In this document: in pieces, positions 9,742 through 18,947 of the stretch | Layout of the letters: each line of letters starts with the position of its first letter | Numbering within the stretch: the first letter of the stretch is position 1 | Sequence record: OR999189.1 | Origin: Enterobacteria phage P922 | Strand: one strand, 5' to 3' | DNA length: 64,000 nt | Made by a program: the position numbers and the translations under genes | The notes under the pieces: generated by a model | The model's input: the letters and a program-made list of their open reading frames with translations, nothing else | What the model was told of the DNA's origin: nothing | The model's database searches: none

Positions 9742-10035
9742 ATGGCCTTAAAAGCAGCGGCACTTTTTGCCATGCTAGGATTGTCATTTGTTTTATCTCC
9801 ATCGATTGAAGCGAATGTCGATCCTCATTTTGATAAATTTATGGAATCTGGTATTAGGCACGTTTATACACTTTTTGAAAATAAAAGCGTAGAATCGTCT
9901 GAACAATTCTATAGTTTTATGAGAACGACCTATAAAAATGACCCGTGCTCTTCTGATTTTGAATGTATAGAGCGAGGCGCGGAGATGGCACAATCATACG
10001 CTAGAATTATGAACATTAAATTGGAGACTGAATGA
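9742..10035 (+). CDS. rI: lysis inhibition antiholin RI
   Basis: 97 aa, N-terminal signal-anchor MALKAAALFAMLGLSFVLSPSIEA, periplasmic domain with Cys pair; resembles T4 RI. Confidence 0.85.
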   Translation: MALKAAALFAMLGLSFVLSPSIEANVDPHFDKFMESGIRHVYTLFENKSVESSEQFYSFMRTTYKNDPCSSDFECIERGAEMAQSYARIMNIKLETE

Positions 10036-10418
10036 AATTCAGCGACTTTTCACAAAGTGGAAAACCTTCAAAGGCAGATGAATACTTAGGTTTATTAATG
10101 GCTGCGCAAGCTTATTTTCATTCTGCGCATTTTGAAACTAAAAGTTATGCTAGACACAAAGCATACGATTTTATTTTCTCTGAGTTGCCAGATTTGATTG
10201 ACAAATTTGGTGAGCAGTATTTGGGGTATTCTGGTAGAAAATACACACCTTCAATTCCAGATGCTAGTAAACTTCCTACCGACACAATTAAAATGATTGA
10301 TCGTATACTAGACCAATCTAACAGCATTTACAAAGAAATGCCTCCAGCCATTCAAAGCACGATAGATGATATTACTGGAATGTTTTATCAAAGTAAGTAT
10401 CTTCTTTCCCTCGAATAA
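10032..10418 (+). CDS. hypothetical protein (rI.-1 position)
   Basis: ORF track; ATGA overlap with rI. Confidence 0.5.
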   Translation: MKFSDFSQSGKPSKADEYLGLLMAAQAYFHSAHFETKSYARHKAYDFIFSELPDLIDKFGEQYLGYSGRKYTPSIPDASKLPTDTIKMIDRILDQSNSIYKEMPPAIQSTIDDITGMFYQSKYLLSLE

Positions 10419-10422
10419 CATT

Positions 10423-10446
10423 AGTCTCCTTCGGGAGACTTTTTTC
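10423..10446 (+). terminator. rho-independent terminator
   Basis: AGTCTCC-TTCG-GGAGACT followed by TTTTT. Confidence 0.75.
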
Positions 10447-10455
10447 ATTTTACCG

Positions 10456-10490
10456 GTTTACTTTCCATTTGAGCTGTGATACTATACAAC
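10456..10490 (+). promoter_or_regulatory. early promoter
   Basis: GTTTAC at 10456-10461, -10-like GATACTAT ~18 nt downstream; GAGGAG RBS before ATG 10514. Confidence 0.55.
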
Positions 10491-10513
10491 CATCGGATAA
10501 AGAGGAGAACATC

Positions 10514-10702
10514 ATGAAAATTGAAGCACTTAATCAAGAAGGAAATATCTACGTCATCATTAATGGTGATTTTTTCGTCGACATGGATGAAGTTACTAGT
10601 GAAGAACTTGAAGAACTTCTTAAGAAACGTTATGATATGTGTGATGAAGCTGCAACTCACATGGCGTGTGCAATATTCTCTCTTTCATATGTGGTGGAAT
10701 AA
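10514..10702 (+). CDS. hypothetical small acidic protein
   Basis: ORF track 10469..10702; ATG 10514 has RBS. Confidence 0.5.
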   Translation: MKIEALNQEGNIYVIINGDFFVDMDEVTSEELEELLKKRYDMCDEAATHMACAIFSLSYVVE

Positions 10703-10905
10703 TGATTAGTATCGAACAAGCAGATAAAATTAAAGAATTGGTAGCTTTAATTCGCAAAGCAGATGGGGAACTTAGTGACTTTGGTTGGTTTTCGTCAGGT
10801 ATTGCAAATAAAGGTATTGAAGAATTTGAAGCTAAAGTTGATAATGCTGTAGAAGCTTTAGATATGTTTCTTGATGAAATTATCGATCATAATACGAGAG
10901 TTTAA
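10702..10905 (+). CDS. hypothetical small protein
   Basis: ORF track 10666..10905; ATG 10702 overlaps upstream stop. Confidence 0.45.
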   Translation: MISIEQADKIKELVALIRKADGELSDFGWFSSGIANKGIEEFEAKVDNAVEALDMFLDEIIDHNTRV

Positions 10906-10907
10906 GT

Positions 10908-11102
10908 ATGCTGACACACGAACAGTTTGAAAAAATCATTAAATTAGTACGTGATGTTGAAATAGATTCATATCAATTAGCAGTTGAGCATTGTGAAGGA
11001 TATTCATACGACGGTATAGAAGCAGCTAAAAGAGATTTGGATAAATCCAAAGCTAAGTTAGTTCAATATCTTGAAATGATTAGGTGGAATAATGAAAACT
11101 GA
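10908..11102 (+). CDS. hypothetical small protein
   Basis: ORF track. Confidence 0.45.
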   Translation: MLTHEQFEKIIKLVRDVEIDSYQLAVEHCEGYSYDGIEAAKRDLDKSKAKLVQYLEMIRWNNEN

Positions 11103-11265
11103 AAAGCAGATGTTTTTAATGAAGCTAATTGAAGAATATGCTAATGCAGTTTCTGACTATGAGTATTCTTCTCGTGAAAGAGGTACAGCTTTCGCAAAGG
11201 AAGAAATGAAAATTATGGTTGATGCTCACACAAAGCTTCAGAATTTTATTGAAAACGTCATTTAA
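11092..11265 (+). CDS. hypothetical small protein (57 aa)
   Basis: Manually translated MKTEKQMFLMKLIEEYANAV...; below track length cut-off; GGTGGAAT before ATG. Confidence 0.4.
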   Translation: MKTEKQMFLMKLIEEYANAVSDYEYSSRERGTAFAKEEMKIMVDAHTKLQNFIENVI

Positions 11266-11267
11266 CG

Positions 11268-11297
11268 GTTTACAAGTTGGCAAGGTTATGGTATAGT
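11268..11297 (+). promoter_or_regulatory. early promoter with inverted repeat around -10
   Basis: GTTTAC 11268-11273, 18 nt, TATAGT 11292-11297; imperfect inverted repeat flanks the -10. Confidence 0.55.
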
Positions 11298-11325
11298 AAT
11301 CTTGTCAACTGCTAAGGAGAAGAGA

Positions 11326-11430
11326 ATGAAAGTTTTGTTTGTTGTGTATGTGATGATTCAATATAATTACCCAATGTTTACTTATAATCTGGTGAACAAC
11401 ATTATTGATATTATTCAAAGGAGTATGTAA
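11326..11430 (+). CDS. 34-aa hydrophobic peptide
   Basis: MKVLFVVYVMIQYNYPMFTYNLVNNIIDIIQRSM; AAGGAGAAGAG RBS; first ORF after promoter. Confidence 0.35.
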   Translation: MKVLFVVYVMIQYNYPMFTYNLVNNIIDIIQRSM

Positions 11431-11432
11431 TT

Positions 11433-11990
11433 GTGAGTGAGTCGAAGAGAATCAATATGAAACGATTAGTACTAGAAGTTAGTTCACTTTTTGGTGAATT
11501 GGCTATAGAAAAAGTAAATAATATGTATCGTTTGACGCAAGAAGACGATATGCTATATTTTACGCCTAGCGAAATTATTCATTTAACCCAAATTGAAAAA
11601 CCTTACACTGATAAAATTGTAAGCATTAATGATGAGCATAAAATTCATTTCTATTCTTTATGCCCAGGATTTAACATTGAAAGCGAGTCAATATGCTTAT
11701 CAATTAATAATTGGGATAATTTTATAACTAAAATTAAATATTTTTATTATTCTAACGAAAGAAAACATGGTTTAAAATGGTTTAAAAATTGCAATGCTAT
11801 TATTACTAACGATTGCAATCAGAATGATGAAACTCTTTTAAATGTATCAAAATGTTATGAAGAGGGAGATGTCTTAACTATTCGTCAAATTGATGATTTT
11901 CGATCACATATTGTCACATTTACCAAAGACGAAGCTATTGCGCTAAAGACTTATCTTGATTCTGTCATTCCAACTATGATTTCAAAGTGA
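11433..11990 (+). CDS. hypothetical protein, tandem paralog A
   Basis: GTG start with AAGGAG RBS 9 nt upstream (ATG 11457 alternative); C-terminal KDEAIALKTYLDSVIPTM resembles the next ORF. Confidence 0.55.
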   Translation: MSESKRINMKRLVLEVSSLFGELAIEKVNNMYRLTQEDDMLYFTPSEIIHLTQIEKPYTDKIVSINDEHKIHFYSLCPGFNIESESICLSINNWDNFITKIKYFYYSNERKHGLKWFKNCNAIITNDCNQNDETLLNVSKCYEEGDVLTIRQIDDFRSHIVTFTKDEAIALKTYLDSVIPTMISK

Positions 11991-11996
11991 GGAAAT

Positions 11997-12518
11997 ATGT
12001 TTATTTCAAGTGAAAGCGGTTTAATTCGTGTTGAATTTAAAAATGACATCTTCCTTATTCAAGGAGATGATATTATTAAAATGAGTTATGACGAAATCAA
12101 GAAAATTTGTCATATTCTTGAAAGTCGTGGAAAAGGAAATGCTACTATCGATATAGGTGATTTATGGGTGACACTTTATGAAGTATCCGAAGGATTTAAC
12201 ATTGAAGATGAAAACAACATCTTAGCTATTGATAAAAGAAGTGATTTGTTTGATGTGTTAAAAGTTTATGAACAGTCAAACGGTGGAAGAAAAGCTGCAT
12301 TGATTTATCAAAAACCACATTCATGTGGAACTGCTTCAATCATTTCAAATATTGAAGATGAAACTGATACTTATATGTGTGTTTTAAAAGCTGGTGGTGA
12401 CCGTCATCCGGATTTTATTTCTATTCGTCAAAACAATGGAGAAATTTCATTATCAAAATCAGAAGCTGAAGCTATGATTAAGTATTTAACAACTGTTACA
12501 CCTTCAATGAAAGGATAA
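11997..12518 (+). CDS. hypothetical protein, tandem paralog B
   Basis: C-terminal KSEAEAMIKYLTTVTPSM similar to preceding ORF; GAGGAAAT RBS. Confidence 0.55.
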   Translation: MFISSESGLIRVEFKNDIFLIQGDDIIKMSYDEIKKICHILESRGKGNATIDIGDLWVTLYEVSEGFNIEDENNILAIDKRSDLFDVLKVYEQSNGGRKAALIYQKPHSCGTASIISNIEDETDTYMCVLKAGGDRHPDFISIRQNNGEISLSKSEAEAMIKYLTTVTPSMKG

Positions 12519-12520
12519 TT

Positions 12521-12982
12521 ATGATTATTAATGAAAGCTCTTGGCACTATAAATTATTCAAAATGTTTAATGATGAATGGAAACGACCTAAGACACTGTG
12601 TGCATACTTTTGGTCTATTGTTATCCCTACATTTTTCGTTTCTTTTTTCGGATGTACTATACTCGCAGGTCTAACTATTATCTGTGCAGAAATCATGCAG
12701 AAATGGTTTATTTATGGTAGTTTATGGACTCTTATTCCATCAGCATTTATACTTGCTATTTTGCTTGTTTTACTTATTATTGGTTCATTTGTTATTCCTG
12801 CACAACTACATGAAAAATATAAAGATTATAAATGGAAAAAGGATTATGCTTTACATGTAGAAAATATTGATAGGGCGTATAAAGGTTTACCTCCTATTCA
12901 ACCCAAGAAATCTATTATCGTCGAATTTTTAAAAACGCGTAAAGCTAAAGTATGTCCTGTTATTGAATATAAGGCTGAATGA
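12521..12982 (+). CDS. polytopic membrane protein
   Basis: Several long hydrophobic stretches; 153 aa. Confidence 0.55.
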   Translation: MIINESSWHYKLFKMFNDEWKRPKTLCAYFWSIVIPTFFVSFFGCTILAGLTIICAEIMQKWFIYGSLWTLIPSAFILAILLVLLIIGSFVIPAQLHEKYKDYKWKKDYALHVENIDRAYKGLPPIQPKKSIIVEFLKTRKAKVCPVIEYKAE

Positions 12983-13992
12983 TGAAAACAGTAATGAAAA
13001 GCTATTTCGGTAGTCATCTTTATGGAACTTCTACTCCAGAATCTGATGTAGATTTTAAAGAAATCTTTGTTCCTCCTGCTCGTGATATTCTTATCGGAAA
13101 TGTTAAAGAGCATATGAGTAAAAACACTAACAACACATCATCTAAAAACACTAAAGATGATATTGACCATGAACTATACAGTCTTAAGTATTTCTTTAAA
13201 TTAGCAGCAGATGGTGAAACTGTAGCATTGGATATGCTTCACACTCCACCTGAGCTAGTGGTTAAATCTGATTTGCCTGATGTATGGAAGTTTATTCAAG
13301 ACAATCGTTCTCGTTTTTATACGACTAACATGAAATCCTATTTAGGATATGTCCGCAAGCAAGCTTCTAAATATGGTGTTAAGGGTTCTCGTTTGGCTGC
13401 ATTACGTGATGTATTGAAAGTAGTTAATCAAATCCCCGATCAGTGGGTTGATTACCGAGAAGATGGAACACAAGGACAACGTCGTACTAAAGTTGAAGAT
13501 ATTAAGCATCGTCTTCCAGAGAACGAATTCTGCGAATGGGTATTCCATAATCATGAGAAAACAGGCCCACAGACGTTCTACACAGTGTTGGGTCGTAAAT
13601 ATCAGACAACGCTTTCTCTTATTGAGCTTAAGCAGTCACTGAACAAATTAGATGCTGAATACGGTGAACGTGCTCGTAAGGCCGAAGCCAATGAAGGTAT
13701 TGACTGGAAAGCTCTGAGTCATGCTTGCCGTGGTGGACTCCAACTATTGGAAATTTACAAAACTGGTGACTTGGTTTATCCACTCCAAGATGCTCCATTT
13801 ATTCTCGACGTGAAGTTGGGTAAACATCCATTTAAAACGGTTCAAGAGTTTTTGGAAGATGTGGTCGATCAAGTAGAAGCAGCATCTACTGAAGCTTCTA
13901 AGAACGGTATGCAGCAAAAAGTAGACATGGGTTTTTGGGATGACTTCCTTGAGAGGGTTTATCTTGAAAACCACCGAAGTTATTATAAATGA
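12979..13992 (+). CDS. nucleotidyltransferase-fold protein (Pol-beta-like GS...DxD motif) with helical C-terminal domain
   Basis: YFGSHLYGTSTPESDVDF matches the G-S-x(10)-D-x-D pattern; 337 aa. Confidence 0.6.
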   Translation: MMKTVMKSYFGSHLYGTSTPESDVDFKEIFVPPARDILIGNVKEHMSKNTNNTSSKNTKDDIDHELYSLKYFFKLAADGETVALDMLHTPPELVVKSDLPDVWKFIQDNRSRFYTTNMKSYLGYVRKQASKYGVKGSRLAALRDVLKVVNQIPDQWVDYREDGTQGQRRTKVEDIKHRLPENEFCEWVFHNHEKTGPQTFYTVLGRKYQTTLSLIELKQSLNKLDAEYGERARKAEANEGIDWKALSHACRGGLQLLEIYKTGDLVYPLQDAPFILDVKLGKHPFKTVQEFLEDVVDQVEAASTEASKNGMQQKVDMGFWDDFLERVYLENHRSYYK

Positions 13993-13994
13993 TA

Positions 13995-14019
13995 GGGAGC
14001 CTTCGGGCTCCCTTTTTTA
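13995..14019 (+). terminator. rho-independent terminator
   Basis: GGGAGCC-TTCG-GGCTCCC then TTTTTT. Confidence 0.8.
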
Positions 14020-14042
14020 TTTCAAAAATTTTTCACAAAATT

Positions 14043-14072
14043 GTTTACAAGCATAAAGCTTTATGGTACTAT
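14043..14072 (+). promoter_or_regulatory. early promoter
   Basis: GTTTAC 14043-14048, 18 nt, TACTAT 14067-14072; shares flanking sequence with promoter at 41870. Confidence 0.55.
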
Positions 14073-14109
14073 ACAACTATCAAAACAAACACTTAAACGG
14101 AAAAACAAA

Positions 14110-14259
14110 ATGAAAATTACACCAATTGAAGTAAAAAAGTTGATTGACACAGAAGAAATTTCAGAGTGTTTTGAAAGTTTCTTAGAAGATGCAACTGAAG
14201 ATAATGCAGTTTATCTCGCTCAGAAAATTATCGAAACTTATTTGGAGAAGAATCAATGA
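14110..14259 (+). CDS. small acidic protein (49 aa)
   Basis: ORF track 14041..14259; ATG 14110 downstream of promoter. Confidence 0.45.
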   Translation: MKITPIEVKKLIDTEEISECFESFLEDATEDNAVYLAQKIIETYLEKNQ

Positions 14260-14519
14260 CAGTTTACGTAGATGTTTTAATGAATCATGGATGGAAACTT
14301 CGCGGTCATCCAACTAAAAATTGTCATATGTTCACTGATGGAGATATTGAAGAGCTTCATGAAATGGCAGAAGCAATAGGAATGAAACGTTCTTGGTTTC
14401 AAGATAAACGCATTAAACATTATGACTTACACGCTCGGCGACGCCAAAAAGCTATAGAACTTGGCGCCGTAGAAGTATCTCGTCGCGAAGCAGTAAAAAT
14501 TTGGCAAACATTAAAATAA
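14256..14519 (+). CDS. conserved small protein (possibly DUF4031-type)
   Basis: MTVYVDVLMNHGWKLRGHPTKNCHMFTDGD...RSWFQ...HYDL pattern; assignment from memory only. Confidence 0.45.
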   Translation: MTVYVDVLMNHGWKLRGHPTKNCHMFTDGDIEELHEMAEAIGMKRSWFQDKRIKHYDLHARRRQKAIELGAVEVSRREAVKIWQTLK

Positions 14520-14522
14520 ATT

Positions 14523-14552
14523 GTTTACAGCAGGGTAGTAGTGTGATACTAT
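14523..14552 (+). promoter_or_regulatory. early promoter with inverted repeat around -10
   Basis: GTTTAC 14523-14528, 18 nt, TACTAT 14547-14552; GGGTAGTA...TACTATTACCC imperfect inverted repeat. Confidence 0.55.
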
Positions 14553-14588
14553 TACCCTATCAAAACAAATGTAAAATTGGAGAATAAA

Positions 14589-15557
14589 ATGAAAACTGTA
14601 ACTATCAATAAGGGTATCTACTTCGGTAAAGAAATCTCTGGAACTTTTGAGCTCTTAGGTGAATGGTTCCCAGATAATGCTCCGGTAGATGCACAAGGAG
14701 ATGGTAAAGTTTTTGTTGAAATTGACGGTAAGCGTCGCGGTGTTTGGGTTTACAAATCAGACATTTCATATGATGGTGTAAAAGTTGAAGAAGTTAAAGA
14801 ATCATATGAAGATATGAAAACCCGCATTAATAAAAGATTTAATGTTATGGGAATGATGACGAATGGTATTATTAACGGAAATATTCGTTCATTAATTATC
14901 TCTGGTGCGGCGGGTATTGGTAAAACGTATTCTTTAGATAAAGCTTTGAATAAAGCAAATGATAATGGATACATTGAATATAAAAGCATTAATGGTAAAA
15001 TCTCTGGTATCGGTCTTTATGAACAGCTTTGGAATAATCGTGAAGAGAATTCTGTCCTTTTGATTGATGATGTGGATGTTTTCTCTGATATGGACATTCT
15101 TAATCTTCTGAAAGCTGCTCTGGACACTGGAGAGACCCGTAAAGTCTGCTGGAGCACCGCATCTTCTTACTTAGAAGAAAAAGGCATTGAGCGTGAGTTT
15201 GAATTTAAAGGAACGATTGTTTTTATCACAAACGTTGACATTGACCGCGAATTAGACCGTGGTACTAAACTTGCTCCACATTTACAAGCATTAGTGTCCC
15301 GCTCGGTTTATTTGGATTTGGGTGTTCACACTAATGAAGAAATTATGGTCAGGGTTGAAGATGTTATTCTTTCAACTGACATGATGCAAAAGCGCGGTCT
15401 TTCTGATGAAGAAACTTATAAAGCATTATCATGGATGAAAGTTAATGTTAATCGTTTACGCAATGTTTCACTGCGTACTGCTCTTTATCTTGCTGACTTT
15501 ATTATGACCGACAAAAACGGTTGGGAAGAAATTGCTGAGGTTACTCTTCTGAAATAA
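14589..15557 (+). CDS. AAA+/P-loop ATPase
   Basis: Walker A ISGAAGIGKTYS, Walker B VLLIDDVD, sensor-like VFITN; GGAGAATAAA RBS. Confidence 0.65.
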   Translation: MKTVTINKGIYFGKEISGTFELLGEWFPDNAPVDAQGDGKVFVEIDGKRRGVWVYKSDISYDGVKVEEVKESYEDMKTRINKRFNVMGMMTNGIINGNIRSLIISGAAGIGKTYSLDKALNKANDNGYIEYKSINGKISGIGLYEQLWNNREENSVLLIDDVDVFSDMDILNLLKAALDTGETRKVCWSTASSYLEEKGIEREFEFKGTIVFITNVDIDRELDRGTKLAPHLQALVSRSVYLDLGVHTNEEIMVRVEDVILSTDMMQKRGLSDEETYKALSWMKVNVNRLRNVSLRTALYLADFIMTDKNGWEEIAEVTLLK

Positions 15558-15655
15558 TTCATAAGAGGACTTCTATGACAAAAAGGCAGTTCAGAAATAG
15601 ATTATATGGACTGCCATTAAAAAGATAACTAGAATTAAACTGGTGAATGGAGGTA

Positions 15656-15961
15656 ATGATGTTATACTCAAAGGCTCGTGAAATTTACGAAACTAAAATT
15701 AAAGAAGCAGTATTTAAGTTCGCAACGACAATGCGATGGACAAATGACTGGGAGTATTCAAAAAATCATAAGAAGCCCATGGTGACAAGAAAGGCTCATA
15801 TGTTAGTGTTAATAGACCGTGAGCAGATTAAAGCCCGAGAAGCCCTCCAGAATCATAAAAAGGCTGCCTTTGAATGGTTTATGGATAACACTGCTCCTGA
15901 GACTAAGAAAGCAGTGAGCGCATGGTTCAGTGGAAAAAATTGTGAAAGAAGTTTCTTTTAG
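15656..15961 (+). CDS. hypothetical protein
   Basis: ORF track 15647..15961; GGAGG RBS favours ATG 15656. Confidence 0.5.
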   Translation: MMLYSKAREIYETKIKEAVFKFATTMRWTNDWEYSKNHKKPMVTRKAHMLVLIDREQIKAREALQNHKKAAFEWFMDNTAPETKKAVSAWFSGKNCERSFF

Positions 15962-15963
15962 TG

Positions 15964-15993
15964 GTTTACAAGACTGTTCCTCTGTGGTACTAT
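15964..15993 (+). promoter_or_regulatory. early promoter
   Basis: GTTTAC 15964-15969, 18 nt, TACTAT 15988-15993. Confidence 0.55.
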
Positions 15994-16021
15994 ACAACTA
16001 TCAACTACGGAGGAACACAAA

Positions 16022-16549
16022 ATGAACGCTAAAGATATTTTCAACCTGGTAAATTACAACGATGGTAAATTTAAATCTGAAGCGCAAAGCAAGTTCTTTA
16101 ACGACATCTCAATCGGAGGTGAAATCACTGTTGATGGAGGACAAATTTACAAATCCCGTTGGAATTGGATCGTTATTATTGATGAGATCGGTATTGTAGA
16201 AATTTACAAGAATACGAATAAAAATCGTACATTACACTGGTCTCGTGATACTAACGAACAGTACAAAAAGGATAAAGCATCTAAAATGTCTCGTGTAACT
16301 CAAGAAGATATTGAGTTCATCAAGAAAGATATTTTAATGTATGATAACTTAATTGCTGAAGAGCAAGCTGTTATTGATAAATTTGACGAGATTAAAGCTT
16401 CTCGTGAAATTCCTGATTTTATGAAAGAATCAGTAAATGAACGATACTCTCTCATTTCAGAGCGTATTGAAACTTACAAAAAGCAAAGAGCTGAACGCCA
16501 AAATACTCTTCGGAAGTTTGAAGAACGGTTAAAGACGGTACTCGCATAA
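16022..16549 (+). CDS. hypothetical protein
   Basis: ORF track; GGAGGAAC RBS. Confidence 0.5.
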   Translation: MNAKDIFNLVNYNDGKFKSEAQSKFFNDISIGGEITVDGGQIYKSRWNWIVIIDEIGIVEIYKNTNKNRTLHWSRDTNEQYKKDKASKMSRVTQEDIEFIKKDILMYDNLIAEEQAVIDKFDEIKASREIPDFMKESVNERYSLISERIETYKKQRAERQNTLRKFEERLKTVLA

Positions 16550-16604
16550 CCGCTTTATACCAAGGATGGTATAATGGTTCTAAGCCCTTTTAATTGAGAT
16601 TATT

Positions 16605-17012
16605 ATGAAACGGTTGATAATTAAAAGATTGAATTTATTGATATGTTGTTTATGTATAGTAGTTGCATATGGTTATTACGCAATTAATGATTATATGCAT
16701 TATAAAGATTATGATGTTACTGTAGTTAATACTATTACAGGAACTCAAGGAAAAGGGTCTAGTTTATCGTTTATTGCCGTATATGAACTCAAAGACGGTT
16801 ATAGATTTAGTGAATATATTTCCCCAGAGATGTATTCTTCAATAGAAAAAGGTGATAATATTACTGTAAGTTTACGTCCTTTCGACGTAAAACAGACACT
16901 GTTTGATAATATTGTTTGGTTCTTTGGGATGGTATTAGTTCAATCCGTGTGTGGCGCTTATGTAGTTTGTTCAATCATATTCTGTGTATTTAGTAAAATT
17001 GAAATTGAGTGA
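16605..17012 (+). CDS. membrane protein (N- and C-terminal hydrophobic helices)
   Basis: ORF track; hydrophobic LNLLICCLCIVVAYGYYAI and IVWFFGMVLVQSVCGAYVVCSIIFCVF. Confidence 0.5.
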   Translation: MKRLIIKRLNLLICCLCIVVAYGYYAINDYMHYKDYDVTVVNTITGTQGKGSSLSFIAVYELKDGYRFSEYISPEMYSSIEKGDNITVSLRPFDVKQTLFDNIVWFFGMVLVQSVCGAYVVCSIIFCVFSKIEIE

Positions 17013-17019
17013 GGAAAAT

Positions 17020-17910
17020 ATGTCAGTAGTAATTAATAATGTCAATGCAGTAATTAAATCTTTAGTTAATAAAAAAATGATGAATGAATGGACTGTACTT
17101 CGTCGTGGAGAGCCAGATAAATTTTTTCATAGATTTAACCCAACTTTGGATTTGAATGTTATTGATAAAGATGTTCATGCCGAAATTTTAGATAAGTTTA
17201 AAGTTGATATTGGATTTGGATTAGAAAAACATTTGCAGCGAACAAGCGGATCTGGAATGAGTTTATCTAATCGCATTATGAAAGCCCTTAATAAAATTGG
17301 AGCATTGTCTCGTATTAACGCGAGTGAAATCCTTCGTAATTATAATAAAGGATATGACCTTTATGGTCGACTGATGCCAAAATTATCATTCGATCAAATG
17401 ATAGCGGATTTGTGGGAAAATCAAAGACGATTATTAGCATTAGGCGCTCGATTAGCTAAAGGTTTAGATAAACAAATGATTTTTAAGACCAATAATACAG
17501 AAGACCTTAAATGCTTTAAATTTAGTATTCGTGGAGATGATTATTACATCAGAGCTCACTCTACAGATTATGCTAATATGGGGCATCATCTCTGTTTAGC
17601 TTTTGAAGTTTTAAAAGAAGCTGGAACATTAGAATATACGTCTGGTGCTAAATGCCCTATTGGTTCAAGTTGTATTTTAATTTATCGCCCGGATGAATCC
17701 AGTTCAACTAAATTGCCTACAAAACCTGTACCGGTTCGTAGTAACGAAAAACATTCTGAACAAATTGATTATTTTAATAAGCAGATTGAAGAGCTGAATA
17801 TTTCTATTCAACAATATGATGATGAAATTTTCAGACTATCTGGATTGAGTAGTAAAGCTAAATCTGAGCGTGAAAAGTTAATTAAAATTGTTGATTTACT
17901 TAAATCTTAA
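17020..17910 (+). CDS. coiled-coil-tailed protein, tandem array member 1
   Basis: ORF track 16984..17910, ATG 17020 with GAGGAAAAT RBS; C-terminal ~40 aa heptad-like helix. Confidence 0.55.
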   Translation: MSVVINNVNAVIKSLVNKKMMNEWTVLRRGEPDKFFHRFNPTLDLNVIDKDVHAEILDKFKVDIGFGLEKHLQRTSGSGMSLSNRIMKALNKIGALSRINASEILRNYNKGYDLYGRLMPKLSFDQMIADLWENQRRLLALGARLAKGLDKQMIFKTNNTEDLKCFKFSIRGDDYYIRAHSTDYANMGHHLCLAFEVLKEAGTLEYTSGAKCPIGSSCILIYRPDESSSTKLPTKPVPVRSNEKHSEQIDYFNKQIEELNISIQQYDDEIFRLSGLSSKAKSEREKLIKIVDLLKS

Positions 17911-17918
17911 GGAACACC

Positions 17919-18947
17919 ATGAAAACTCGTTCTCAAATTGAAGATATGGTTCGTAATGCCAGTTATACTCGTGATGTTATGACATTTTTGTGTGAAAATA
18001 ATTTAGACCCTGATAAAGTTAATCGTGTTATTCATCACTTTAAGTATACGAATAGCAGTGAATGGGTGCGTAATTTTAGTAAAGCGGGATATATTACACA
18101 AATGACTGCTCGTGAGCAACTCACCGATTTCTGTAAAACTATTGATTATAAAAATCCTTTATTTGTTCAAGGCGTTGGTCAAAGTAAGGTCGATTTATCA
18201 TCTGGATTTTTCAATCCAAATCATTATCGTATTGAATGGAGATTTATTGCTCTGTTCCGTAGACAATTAAAGCAAATTTTATCAACTGCGAGTCGATTAA
18301 AAGGTTCTGATATTAACTTAAAGAACCTGAAATTTGATGGTTATACTCTTCAGATGGAAGTAAGACCATTAAAAGAAAATAATAGAACTGCACGAATTAG
18401 CTTTAAACCTAATACAAAAAATTCTCTTTCAATTTGCGAATGCCTTAAATCGCAGTTGACAGAAGCATTTAAGTATATGGATGTTGTTGCCGCTGTTCAG
18501 TCTAAGATTTTACCTCATTTTGAGCGAAATTGGGAACATACAACAACGTATGAACTTGATATGATCGTTTCATTTAAATACGATTTTTTGAGAAAGGACG
18601 AAGTCACGCAAGAGAAAAAGCAAGAAGTGCAAGATAACTTAAATTTAAATTTATCTAATTACTCATCAAACGATCCTAAATTTTGGATGTATAGTTCAGG
18701 TAATAAGGATGCATGGAAATTCAATAAAGTGAATTTTCTTCCTGTTGAAAATCCGAGTCTTAAACCTGTTGAAAAATGGCATGCAGATGCGATTGAGAAG
18801 TCTATCAAGGCAGTAGATGATGAACTCGTTAAAGCAACTAATGAAGTGCTAGAAGCTGAAAAGATGCTAGAAAAAGCTCAAGAAAAAGTCAAAAATCTTA
18901 CGAAGCAACGTTCTAAACTGAACAATGCACTAAATGCACTAAACTAG
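17919..18947 (+). CDS. coiled-coil-tailed protein, tandem array member 2
   Basis: Starts MKTRSQIEDMVRN; C-terminal VDDELVKATNEVLEAEKMLEKAQEKVKNLTKQRSKLNNALNALN. Confidence 0.55.
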   Translation: MKTRSQIEDMVRNASYTRDVMTFLCENNLDPDKVNRVIHHFKYTNSSEWVRNFSKAGYITQMTAREQLTDFCKTIDYKNPLFVQGVGQSKVDLSSGFFNPNHYRIEWRFIALFRRQLKQILSTASRLKGSDINLKNLKFDGYTLQMEVRPLKENNRTARISFKPNTKNSLSICECLKSQLTEAFKYMDVVAAVQSKILPHFERNWEHTTTYELDMIVSFKYDFLRKDEVTQEKKQEVQDNLNLNLSNYSSNDPKFWMYSSGNKDAWKFNKVNFLPVENPSLKPVEKWHADAIEKSIKAVDDELVKATNEVLEAEKMLEKAQEKVKNLTKQRSKLNNALNALN

